A stretch of 64,000 bases of DNA, taken from the NCBI GenBank assembly GCA_018830005.1, contig JAHJTE010000003.1, positions 199,674 to 263,673 on the forward strand, written 5' to 3'. Below the pieces are notes generated by a model. The model was not told where the DNA came from, did no database searches, and saw only the letters and a list, made by a program, of their open reading frames with translations. A program made the position numbers and the translations under genes. This document shows, in pieces, positions 39,277 through 48,169 of the stretch; position 1 is the stretch's first letter; every line of letters starts with the position of its first letter. This stretch comes from Candidatus Omnitrophota bacterium. Lineage in GTDB: Bacteria > Omnitrophota > Gorgyraeia > JAHJTE01.

Positions 39277-40245
39277 CTAGAACGTCCTAACAACAAAAGT
39301 GCGCCAATCTCTAAATTTGGCGAGCTTCTTTTTTAGGTCTTCTGCCTCCTTTCTTGAGTGTAGGATACCAAATACACTGGGGCCACTACCAGACATGCCC
39401 ACATATTTAACACCAAAAGAACGTAACATGCGCTTTATCTTGCTTATCTGGGGCGCAAAAAAGACAGCAGCCTGCTCCAGGCTGTTATGATTAGCCTGCA
39501 AATGTATACTCAAATTACTAGATCTAGCCAAGCGGGAAATCAACCTTGCTAGAGAGACCCCTTTATCTCTATTAAGCTTATCCAAAGGGCTTAACATAGT
39601 AACATTTTTTGTCTCTTTTGTCAATGTTCGCGTAGGGCTCTTATTTGGAGCTTTTCTACCCTTGGATTCTTCTGATTTTAGCCTATCAAACTGCCTATAG
39701 ACTTTCTTTGTTGATAAAAAAACATCCGGGACTACTAAAATATGCCAAAGACGCAAATCTGTCTTCAACTGCCGCAGGAGTTGGCCGCGTCCAGTAACTA
39801 AACTAAAACTGCTATTTCTCAGGAAAAATCCTACATCTGAACCAATGCAGGCAGCAATACCAGAAAGCTCAATTTTACCTAACTTCAATTTCCACAACTG
39901 GTTTAACGCCAAAATTACTGCCGCAGCATCCGAAGAACCACCGCCTAGACCAGCAGCAACAGGTATATTTTTCAAAATAGCAATATTAACACCATCTCTA
40001 ATTGAAAACCTACACTTTAATAGCTTGGCTGCCTTGTATGCGAGATTACCAGCTCCTCCCGGCACCTTAGGATGAGTGCAGGATACAGTAATCTTGCTAT
40101 CATCCCTGGGAGTAACTCTTATATTGTCAAAGAGATTAATGCGTTCGAACAAGCTCTGGATATTATGATATCCATCTCGCCGCCTACTTAAGACACGTAA
40201 GAGGAGATTCAACTTTGCCGGAGCCTTAATAGATAAAGAACGCAT
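39277..40245 (-). CDS. ispE: 4-diphosphocytidyl-2-C-methyl-D-erythritol kinase
   Basis: 322 aa. KAPAKLNLLLRV and PVAAGLGGGSSDAAA (GHMP kinase motif). About 40-aa low-complexity insertion in the C-terminal domain. Confidence 0.85.
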   Translation of the reverse strand: MRSLSIKAPAKLNLLLRVLSRRRDGYHNIQSLFERINLFDNIRVTPRDDSKITVSCTHPKVPGGAGNLAYKAAKLLKCRFSIRDGVNIAILKNIPVAAGLGGGSSDAAAVILALNQLWKLKLGKIELSGIAACIGSDVGFFLRNSSFSLVTGRGQLLRQLKTDLRLWHILVVPDVFLSTKKVYRQFDRLKSEESKGRKAPNKSPTRTLTKETKNVTMLSPLDKLNRDKGVSLARLISRLARSSNLSIHLQANHNSLEQAAVFFAPQISKIKRMLRSFGVKYVGMSGSGPSVFGILHSRKEAEDLKKKLAKFRDWRTFVVRTF

Positions 40246-41186
40246 TAGGAATATTTATCTAAAAGCCCTTTGGCAGATTCGACAATTCTTCCAGCAGTCA
40301 AGCCGTACTCTTCTAATAATTCTTCTGATTCTCCTGACTGACCAAAACGATTGTCTATGCCAATTCTATTTACATATATTGGTTTGTGCGCTAAAACAAC
40401 ATCATCAATTGCTGAACCCAGGCCTCCATTTATAACGTGTTCTTCACAAACCACTATACCCTTAGTTTCTTTGCAGGCGTTTATAATGACTTCTGAATCC
40501 ACAGGCCTGATTGTATGCATATTAATAACCCGCGCATCTATGCCTCCTTTGGCAAGCTCCTGACTCGCTAAGAGCGCCTGCTCAACCATAATCCCGCAGG
40601 CAATTATTGTTATATCTTTTCCCTGACGCAGGCAATAGGCCTTGCCAATTTTAAATTCAGCCTTAGATTCAATCGTAGGAGTCTTTGCTCTACCCAGGCG
40701 TATATACATTGGGCCTGGATTCTTAACAGCAGCAAATATTGCCTGAGTTGTTTCTTGCGCATCAACAGGCACTATTATAGTCATATTATCAGGGATGGCA
40801 CGCATAAGCGCGATATCTTCAATTGCATGGTGACTGCAGCCATCCGGACCAACGGTTATGCCGCCGTGAGTAGCAACTATCTTAACATCAAAGTTATTAG
40901 CACAAATTGAATTGCGCACCTGATCCCAGGCGCGGCCAGAAGCAAAGATCGCAAATGTAGAAGCAAATACAGTTTTGCCGCAACTGGCCAGGCCAGCAGC
41001 AGTCGCCATCATATTCTGTTCTGCAACGCCAAAATTAAAAAAGCGCTCCGGGAACTCCTTGGCAAACATTGCTGTTCGCGTCGAGCCAGAAAGATCAGCA
41101 TCTAAAACAACAATATTAGGATTCTCTTTCCCTAAGGCAACTAAGGCCTTGCCATATGCATCTCTTGCGTAAAGTTTTTCACCCAT
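40245..41186 (-). CDS. Transketolase, C-terminal (pyrimidine-binding) subunit of split transketolase
   Basis: 313 aa. FNFGVAEQNMMATAAGLA. Confidence 0.85.
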   Translation of the reverse strand: MGEKLYARDAYGKALVALGKENPNIVVLDADLSGSTRTAMFAKEFPERFFNFGVAEQNMMATAAGLASCGKTVFASTFAIFASGRAWDQVRNSICANNFDVKIVATHGGITVGPDGCSHHAIEDIALMRAIPDNMTIIVPVDAQETTQAIFAAVKNPGPMYIRLGRAKTPTIESKAEFKIGKAYCLRQGKDITIIACGIMVEQALLASQELAKGGIDARVINMHTIRPVDSEVIINACKETKGIVVCEEHVINGGLGSAIDDVVLAHKPIYVNRIGIDNRFGQSGESEELLEEYGLTAGRIVESAKGLLDKYS

Positions 41187-41188
41187 AA

Positions 41189-42007
41189 CTATTCTAATTC
41201 CTTAAGTGCCTTCTTCGTCTCTTCCTCGTTAGGTGCACGACCATGAAAATCTACTACATGCTCCATAAAAGAAACGCCTTTGCCTTTTACTGTCTTGGCA
41301 ATAATAACTGATGGTTTGCCTTTAATGCTGGCTGCCTCCTCAAATGCCCGCAGGATTTCTCCTATATTGTGGCCATCTATTACTATCGTATGCCAACCAA
41401 ATGCCTTCCATTTATCTGCCAAAGGCTCAATTTCCATTATCTCTGAAACCTTTCCGTCAATCTGGAATCCATTCTGATCAACAATAGCGCAGAGATTATC
41501 GCATTTATAGTGTGCGGCAGCCATTGCTGCTTCCCAGACGTTTCCCTCCTGCATCTCTCCATCGCCTAAAAGCACAAACACACGATAAGACAGTTTATCC
41601 AGGCGTGCTGCCAATGACATCCCCAAGCCAACCGACAGACCCTGACCCAAGGAACCACTCGCTACCTCTATTCCCGGCGTTCTCCTGTCAGGATGTCCTT
41701 GTAATAACGAACCGAGTTTCCGTAAGCTGCTTAGCTGGGATTTATCAAAATAACCACATTCAGCTAGTGCTGCATAAAGCACTGGACAGGCATGGCCTTT
41801 GGATAGATGAAATCTGTCTCTCTCTGGCCAAGCCGGATTAGCAGGATCTATGTTTAAGACATGGAAATACAAGACGCTTAAGATATCAGCACAAGACAAA
41901 GAACCTCCGGGATGGCCGCTTTTAGCCAGAGAAAGCATATGGATTATTGATTTGCGCAAATCTTTGGCTTTCTCTTCTAATTTTTTAATTTTATCTTTAC
42001 TAATCAT
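41189..42007 (-). CDS. Transketolase, N-terminal (TPP-binding) subunit
   Basis: 272 aa. SKGHACPVLYA, GSLGQGLSVGLG and GDGEMQEGNVWEA. Confidence 0.85.
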   Translation of the reverse strand: MISKDKIKKLEEKAKDLRKSIIHMLSLAKSGHPGGSLSCADILSVLYFHVLNIDPANPAWPERDRFHLSKGHACPVLYAALAECGYFDKSQLSSLRKLGSLLQGHPDRRTPGIEVASGSLGQGLSVGLGMSLAARLDKLSYRVFVLLGDGEMQEGNVWEAAMAAAHYKCDNLCAIVDQNGFQIDGKVSEIMEIEPLADKWKAFGWHTIVIDGHNIGEILRAFEEAASIKGKPSVIIAKTVKGKGVSFMEHVVDFHGRAPNEEETKKALKELE

Positions 42008-42989
42008 TATCTATAATTAATTTCTTAAGCTTGTCTTCTATGCCTTTCTTAGTCGCCTCATCAATAGTTTTAAGTTTTATACTTCTCTGCCAAATATCCT
42101 GTGCTTTTTCAAACTCTCCCATACCTGAATAAACATCTCCCAGATGGTCGAAGATAACAGGATCCTCGAGAAGCCTGGATGCCTCTTCCAGCAATCCCTG
42201 CGCTTTTTCAAATTCTCCCTTCTTAAAATATACCCATCCCAGGCTGTCTATATATGCGGCATTGTCAGGGTGTTGCTCGAGTGCTTTATTGATCAATTCC
42301 TCTGCCTCGTTAAGATTCTTACCCATCTGGGCATACACATAACCTAAGGCATTTAAGGCATCGGGATTTTCTGGCTCAAATTCAAGAATGCCTTTAAACT
42401 CAGCTATAGCCTTTGTGCGTAAACCTTGCTCATCAAAAATAAGACCAGTAAATAATTTAGCATTAACATCCTTAGGATCAATGTCTAATATAAATTTAAA
42501 CTGCTCTAAGGCCTTGTCGTATTTTTTCTGTTGAAAGTAAAGCTGCCCAAGATATTGATGTGTTGCTAAATTCTCAGGGTCCTCCTTTGATACCTGTTTT
42601 AAGACAATCTCATATTGAATTTCTGCCAGTTGCAATTCACCTAAGGATGAATACACAAAAGCAAGTAAGGTGCGCGCCTGCAGGTTATCCGGGTTAAGCT
42701 CCAATGAGCGGTTTAATTCATCGACGGCCTTATTTTCTTGTCCCAGCTTTATGTACTCAACCGCGATTTTTAAATTAGTAGTATCAGAATCTGGATCATA
42801 GCGCTTAGACTGTTCAAATTCTGAAAGGGCCTCTTGCGTCTTATTGAGCTGGTCAAAAAGAATGCCCATCATATAATGGGCATATGCTCTAGATTTGTCT
42901 TTATCAACATCAAATGGCAGGTTACAAGGAGTAAGCCCTAGAAAAGAAAAAAGAATAACAGCTACAAACAAAAAGCGCAACAGTGACAT
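42000..42989 (-). CDS. Secreted TPR-repeat protein
   Basis: 329 aa. Signal peptide followed by repeated about 34-aa TPR units (A..Y..G..Y...G....A...F..AL). Confidence 0.7.
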   Translation of the reverse strand: MSLLRFLFVAVILFSFLGLTPCNLPFDVDKDKSRAYAHYMMGILFDQLNKTQEALSEFEQSKRYDPDSDTTNLKIAVEYIKLGQENKAVDELNRSLELNPDNLQARTLLAFVYSSLGELQLAEIQYEIVLKQVSKEDPENLATHQYLGQLYFQQKKYDKALEQFKFILDIDPKDVNAKLFTGLIFDEQGLRTKAIAEFKGILEFEPENPDALNALGYVYAQMGKNLNEAEELINKALEQHPDNAAYIDSLGWVYFKKGEFEKAQGLLEEASRLLEDPVIFDHLGDVYSGMGEFEKAQDIWQRSIKLKTIDEATKKGIEDKLKKLIIDND

Positions 42990-43110
42990 AAATAAACCCC
43001 GTTAGAGACAAATAACACGTAGGTAATTGTCAGGCCCTTTAGAGAACTTTAAAAACGTTAAAGTTTTCCTCTAGCAGGGTAAATCAACCTAAGTAAATTA
43101 TTGATGCCTA

Positions 43111-43212
43111 TTAACCCCAAGCACGTTTTTTCAAGTGTCTGCGCTTACGCAGCGCCTTTTTTCTCTTGTGAGTACGGATTTTTCTTCTTTTTCTTTTTTT
43201 ACCGCAAGGCAT
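43111..43212 (-). CDS. Unannotated very basic 33-aa ORF: MPCGKKRKRRKIRTHKRKKALRKRRHLKKRAWG (possible small ribosomal-type protein)
   Basis: Hand-translated. About 58% K/R. Located between the TPR gene and hisG on the coding strand. Below the 60-aa cut-off of the ORF track. Confidence 0.4.
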   Translation of the reverse strand: MPCGKKRKRRKIRTHKRKKALRKRRHLKKRAWG

Positions 43213-43269
43213 AAAATCTCCTCAAATTATTATCTGTCTTTAGCCAGAGACAGACATTGATACAAGAAT

Positions 43270-44142
43270 TTATAATATTATCTTATTAAGTGGATATTCG
43301 ACGATTCCCTCTGCACCAGCGCGCTTCAGCTTAGGGATAATCTTACGAACAATAAATTCTTCAACTATCGTCTCAACAGCCAACCAGCCAGGATTACTGA
43401 GATGAGAGACTGTGGGCTTCTTTAAAGCTGGTAAAACAGCCAAGACGCTGTTTAGATTCTTGGCATTAACGTTCATCTTAAGACCAACTTTTCCTTCAGC
43501 ACTTATTGCCCCTTCAAGAAGCATGGCAAGTTCTAAGATCTTAGCCTTCTTCCATTTATCCTTGAAGCTTTTCGGGTTGGCAATAAGTTTCGTGGTAGAT
43601 TCACATACTGTAGCAAGTATTTTTAATTTATTTGCCTTTAAGGAAGTTCCGGTTTCAGTAAGTTCCACGATTGCCTCCACCAGTCCTTGCGCTACCTTTG
43701 CCTCTGTGGCTCCCCAGCTAAATTCAACATTGGCCTTGACCTTATTTCGCTTTAGGAATTTACGGGTTACATTCACAAGTTCTGTAGCAATCTGTTTACC
43801 TTTTAGGTCTTTCACCTTTTTTATAGATGAGCCTTCCGGGACAGCGATGACCCAACGCACAGGACACATCGACTGCTTGGCATAGACTAGTTCCTTAACC
43901 CGAATAACCCGCGCATTATTTTCCTGAATCCAATCCTCACCTGTAATACCACAGTCGAGGTCTGTCTCTACATAGCGCGGCATCTCCTGAGCCCGCAGCA
44001 AGACTGGTTCGATTTCAACGTCATCGATGCTGGGAGAATAAGAACGCGCACCTACATTAATTTTAAAACCTGCCTTAAGGAACATCCTCAAAGTTGCCTC
44101 CTGTAAGCTCCCTTTCGGCAGGCCTAACTTTAGCTTCTTCAT
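43270..44142 (-). CDS. hisG: ATP phosphoribosyltransferase (long form)
   Basis: 290 aa. The N-terminal [15 protein letters not shown] matches HisG. No other his genes are adjacent. Confidence 0.7.
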   Translation of the reverse strand: MKKLKLGLPKGSLQEATLRMFLKAGFKINVGARSYSPSIDDVEIEPVLLRAQEMPRYVETDLDCGITGEDWIQENNARVIRVKELVYAKQSMCPVRWVIAVPEGSSIKKVKDLKGKQIATELVNVTRKFLKRNKVKANVEFSWGATEAKVAQGLVEAIVELTETGTSLKANKLKILATVCESTTKLIANPKSFKDKWKKAKILELAMLLEGAISAEGKVGLKMNVNAKNLNSVLAVLPALKKPTVSHLSNPGWLAVETIVEEFIVRKIIPKLKRAGAEGIVEYPLNKIIL

Positions 44143-44226
44143 CTAATTTTTCCTATTCCATTGTGTTAATAAAACTTATGATTTTATTATACAATCTAAA
44201 CCTAATTTTGTAAAGAGAAAATGGGC

Positions 44227-44916
44227 TCATATTCCTAAAGCCCCTCCCTTACATGCCTTAACACATACTCCGCAGATATATTGGCCGACTAAGCCGCTTT
44301 TTTGAAAACTTTGAAGTTTCTCAAAACACTTCTGATGAGAAAAATCATCTGTTTTTTCTCCTATTGCATCTACAGGACAGGCCTCTATGCAACTGCGGCA
44401 TTGGCCGCAATCTTCTTCTATTTTAGGCTTATTAGCCCTCAAGGTCATATCAGTTAATATACTTGTCAATCTAAACTGAGAGCCAAATTCCTTAGTTACC
44501 AATAAATTATTCCTGCCAATCCAGCCTAATCCTGCTAGATAGCCGATTTTTTTATGTGATATATGAGCAGTTTGCTTTTGCCAATCAATAATCTGAGAAG
44601 CAGCAATGGGCAAGGCCTGAAACCCCTTACTCTGAATAAAATTCGCCAATCTAAAACTTACCTGATCAAGAAAAACATTTGCGCTGCGGTAGTGATGAAA
44701 ATATATCTTATTAGGGCAATCTCCTATTGTATCCAAAATTGCCTTACTTAAAGATATACCTAAGCATACAGCACGCTTGAATCCATCTGGCAGGTCTTGC
44801 GCTAGCTTAATTTCCTGCCTGATACCAGTAATATCTGCAACGCCAAAAAGCCTTACCCCTAACCTTATCGCCTCATCTTTTAGACTATGGTAATTCTTTA
44901 TCGGGTCTGTAAGCAT
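44227..44916 (-). CDS. queG: Epoxyqueuosine reductase QueG-like, short form (DUF1730 + 4Fe-4S)
   Basis: 229 aa. GWIGRNNLLVTKEFGSQFRLTSILTD matches the QueG core. CGQCRSCIEACPVDAI 4Fe-4S motif. Lacks the C-terminal HEAT-like region. Confidence 0.6.
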   Translation of the reverse strand: MLTDPIKNYHSLKDEAIRLGVRLFGVADITGIRQEIKLAQDLPDGFKRAVCLGISLSKAILDTIGDCPNKIYFHHYRSANVFLDQVSFRLANFIQSKGFQALPIAASQIIDWQKQTAHISHKKIGYLAGLGWIGRNNLLVTKEFGSQFRLTSILTDMTLRANKPKIEEDCGQCRSCIEACPVDAIGEKTDDFSHQKCFEKLQSFQKSGLVGQYICGVCVKACKGGALGI

Positions 44917-46787
44917 TTTTTATCAGGTGATTTTGTTTGTTTTTTTAGCCAGATCATCAGAAGTGAAATGCTTGCCGGCGTAACCCCAGAGATACGCAAG
45001 GCCTGCGCCATGTTAGAAGGCCTAAAGTAACCTAGCTTCTCTTTTACCTCTCGCGAGAGCCCGGAGATTTTAGAAAAATCCAACCTTGGCGGAATCTTTA
45101 TTTTTTCTAGATTCCGGAAACGCTTTATCTCTTCTATCTGGCGCTTAACGAATGGTGCATATTTAACTTCGCTGTTTATGCTCTGATAAAGATTATCCTC
45201 TATTTTGCCTTCAAAATCAAAATATTTTAGTTTTTGATAGGTAATTTCAGGCCGCCTTAATAATTCTTCTAGGCTTATGGATTTTTTCAAAGGTGTGCTT
45301 TTAATATCCTTCAATATAGAATTTATGCGTTTATCAGGCTTGATCTTTGTTTTTCTTAATCTATCCAGTTCTGCTGCGATATTTTTTTTCTTCTCCAGCA
45401 TAGACTGATAATCGCTTTCATCCACCAGACCTAACTCATAGCCAAACTTGCGCAAGCGTAAATCTGCATTGTCTTCGCGCAAAAGGAGTCGATGTTCCAC
45501 GCGTGAAGTAAACATCCTGAATGGTTCATCTGTGCCTTTACTTACCAGCTCATCAATTAACACGCCAATATAACTTATAGTCCTGCTTAAAATAAATGGC
45601 TGCCTAGCCTTGATCTTTAAACCAGCATTGATTCCAGCTATCAACCCTAAGGCCGCTGCTTCTTCATAACCAGTAGTACCATTAATTTGACCGGCAAGAT
45701 AAAGATTCTTGAAATTTTTACTCTCCAAGGTTGGGTGTAGTTGAGTCGCGCAAATAACCTCATGCTCTATACCATAACCAGGACGACTGAATTTAGCATC
45801 CTCCAATCCTCTAATCGAATGAAACATTTTAATCTGGACCTTTTCTGGCAGGCTGGTAGAAAGCCCGTTAGGATAATACTCCTCCTTATCCAGGCCTTCA
45901 GGCTCAAGGAAAATCTGATGTCGTAGGTGGTGCGGAAATTTTACAACCTTATCTTCAATAGAAGGGCAGTAGCGTACTCCGCTGGCCTTAATCTTTCCGG
46001 TAAAAAGCGGCGAGAACCTCAAGGCCTTCTTTATAATCTTGTGGGTGTCAGCGTTTGTGTGGGTAATAAAGCAAGGCAGCTGCTTCAAGCTGCTTGGTCT
46101 GCCAGCAAAAGAAAAAGGAATAGGATTAGAATCCGGCAGCTGAATCTTACATTTAGAAAAATCAATTGTCTCTTGCCTGATACGTGCACAAGTGCCTGTT
46201 TTAAATCTCTTGATCTTAAATTTAAGTTTCTTTAAATTTTCAGATAGTGATACAGAAGCGGTCTCATTCAATCTGCCGCCAGGAAAAGATTTTAATCCGA
46301 TGTGCATAAGACCATTGAGAAATGTCCCGGGTGTAATAATTACTGCCTTTGCAAATATCGCATCACCTTTTGAGGTTCGCACACCATGAGCCTTTTTATT
46401 TTTGATAATGATCTCAGTTACCTCGCAAATATGTAAGGTGATATTTTCTGTCCTGGCTATCAGATTAGTCATGTAGTCTCTATAGAGTCTTCTGTCTATC
46501 TGGCATCTGCTAGAACGAACTGCAGGTCCCTTTGACATATTAAGCATTCTGTATCCTATGGAGCAATTATCAGCAGCCTCACCCATTGCTCCGCCTAAGG
46601 CATCAACCTCCTTAACCAACTGACCTTTGCCCACACCGCCAATTGCTGGATTGCAACTCATAGCGCCTATCGTATCCTGTCTTAGAGTACAAAGGGCTGT
46701 TACACAGCCCATGCGTGCACAAGAAAGACTTGCCTCAATGCCGGCATGACCTGCGCCTACAACTATTACATCGTAATCTCTTCTCAT
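44898..46787 (-). CDS. mnmG: tRNA uridine-5-carboxymethylaminomethyl modification enzyme MnmG (GidA)
   Basis: 629 aa. N-terminal FAD motif YDVIVVGAGHAGIEAS. Confidence 0.9.
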   Translation of the reverse strand: MRRDYDVIVVGAGHAGIEASLSCARMGCVTALCTLRQDTIGAMSCNPAIGGVGKGQLVKEVDALGGAMGEAADNCSIGYRMLNMSKGPAVRSSRCQIDRRLYRDYMTNLIARTENITLHICEVTEIIIKNKKAHGVRTSKGDAIFAKAVIITPGTFLNGLMHIGLKSFPGGRLNETASVSLSENLKKLKFKIKRFKTGTCARIRQETIDFSKCKIQLPDSNPIPFSFAGRPSSLKQLPCFITHTNADTHKIIKKALRFSPLFTGKIKASGVRYCPSIEDKVVKFPHHLRHQIFLEPEGLDKEEYYPNGLSTSLPEKVQIKMFHSIRGLEDAKFSRPGYGIEHEVICATQLHPTLESKNFKNLYLAGQINGTTGYEEAAALGLIAGINAGLKIKARQPFILSRTISYIGVLIDELVSKGTDEPFRMFTSRVEHRLLLREDNADLRLRKFGYELGLVDESDYQSMLEKKKNIAAELDRLRKTKIKPDKRINSILKDIKSTPLKKSISLEELLRRPEITYQKLKYFDFEGKIEDNLYQSINSEVKYAPFVKRQIEEIKRFRNLEKIKIPPRLDFSKISGLSREVKEKLGYFRPSNMAQALRISGVTPASISLLMIWLKKQTKSPDKKCLQTR

Positions 46788-46857
46788 ATCAAAATATCTT
46801 AAGGTTTGAAACAGGAAAGCGCAAAACGAAAATTAAAAACTTATAATAATGGCGGGT

Positions 46858-48144
46858 TTATTCCTTTGCCAACTTAACCAAAAGACCCATAAGGTCTTTG
46901 CCTAAAAGCGTACCTAAACTCCCCTTGCTGCACGCTTTCTCAGAGAAGCTCAAGGCTCCTTCGGGTTTTATGCCTGAGGCGCTGATTAACAAAGGTACAG
47001 GATCAGCAGAATGTGCCTTAATTTTACAAACTGTAGAGTGATCAGCCGTAACGGCAATTAGAACATTAGACAAATCATTTTTCTTTTTCAACAGCTGGCC
47101 AAAAAAGAATTTATCAATTGCCTCGATCGATTTCTTTTTCTTCGCATAATCACCGTCATGCGCTGGCTCATCTGGTCCTTTAATGTGAATATACAATCCG
47201 TCAAATTCATTGATCCTCTCATATGCAATCTTGGCCCAGATTCCATAGTCAACATCCAAATGCCCAGTCTGGGAAGGCACCTCTACGATATCAATTCCAG
47301 TAAGCAGGGCTATACCGCGTTCAACCGGCATTTCCACAAATGAACCAAACTTAACTTTATATTCTTCGCTAACAGGCGGAAATTTAGGAAGTCTATTGCC
47401 CGCATCACGGGAAAGAATAACATTTGCTGACAACTTACCGTCTTGGATACGTTTTTTATTAACAAAAGACTTATTCAGAACCTCGTTAGATTTTTTAGTA
47501 AATTCATTAATAAGCCTTGCTGCTTCTTGGGCAGAAGATGAATCGCCTGCTTCAGCAACAACCTGCGCCTCTTTTAGGCGCATTTGGAATTTCTCCTTTG
47601 CTATACCAAAAAAGCCCTGCTTTTCATAGGCAGGATCTGTATTACTGATGCCAGCGCTTAAATTCCCATTTTTGCTTCTTATTACAAGAACACCCCGATG
47701 TCCTATCGTGTTTTTAAATTCAAAAGTGGCGTCGGTTAAATTCACATTAGCGTTAATCTCTTTTGCCAAGGCAGTTGCTTCTTGGGTGGAAAGGTTTCTT
47801 CCTACCCTGCGGTCCTTAATAGTTACACCATCATCAGCCACTGTTGCAAAATTCACCCTAAAGGCAATATCCCCATCTTTGACTTCTATGCCTTCGGCAA
47901 AGGACTCTAATGGACCCCTGCCTGTATAATACTTATGTGCATCGTAGCCTAATAAACTAATAACTGCAATGTCTGATTCAGGCGCAATGCCTTCACCCAC
48001 TGTATACATAAGGCCTGTAATTCCAGTTTGGGCCAGTCTATCCATATGCGGAGTAAGTGCTGCCTCAAGCGGAGTCTTATTACCCAGCTCTTTAATCGGC
48101 TGATCACCCAAGCCATCTAAAACCACGTAAAGAATCTTTTTCAT
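46858..48144 (-). CDS. apgM: Cofactor-independent phosphoglycerate mutase, archaeal type
   Basis: 428 aa. The N-terminal KILYVVLDGLGD is the ApgM-type signature. Confidence 0.75.
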   Translation of the reverse strand: MKKILYVVLDGLGDQPIKELGNKTPLEAALTPHMDRLAQTGITGLMYTVGEGIAPESDIAVISLLGYDAHKYYTGRGPLESFAEGIEVKDGDIAFRVNFATVADDGVTIKDRRVGRNLSTQEATALAKEINANVNLTDATFEFKNTIGHRGVLVIRSKNGNLSAGISNTDPAYEKQGFFGIAKEKFQMRLKEAQVVAEAGDSSSAQEAARLINEFTKKSNEVLNKSFVNKKRIQDGKLSANVILSRDAGNRLPKFPPVSEEYKVKFGSFVEMPVERGIALLTGIDIVEVPSQTGHLDVDYGIWAKIAYERINEFDGLYIHIKGPDEPAHDGDYAKKKKSIEAIDKFFFGQLLKKKNDLSNVLIAVTADHSTVCKIKAHSADPVPLLISASGIKPEGALSFSEKACSKGSLGTLLGKDLMGLLVKLAKE

Positions 48145-48169
48145 ACAAAAAATTACCTTATATTTTTAT

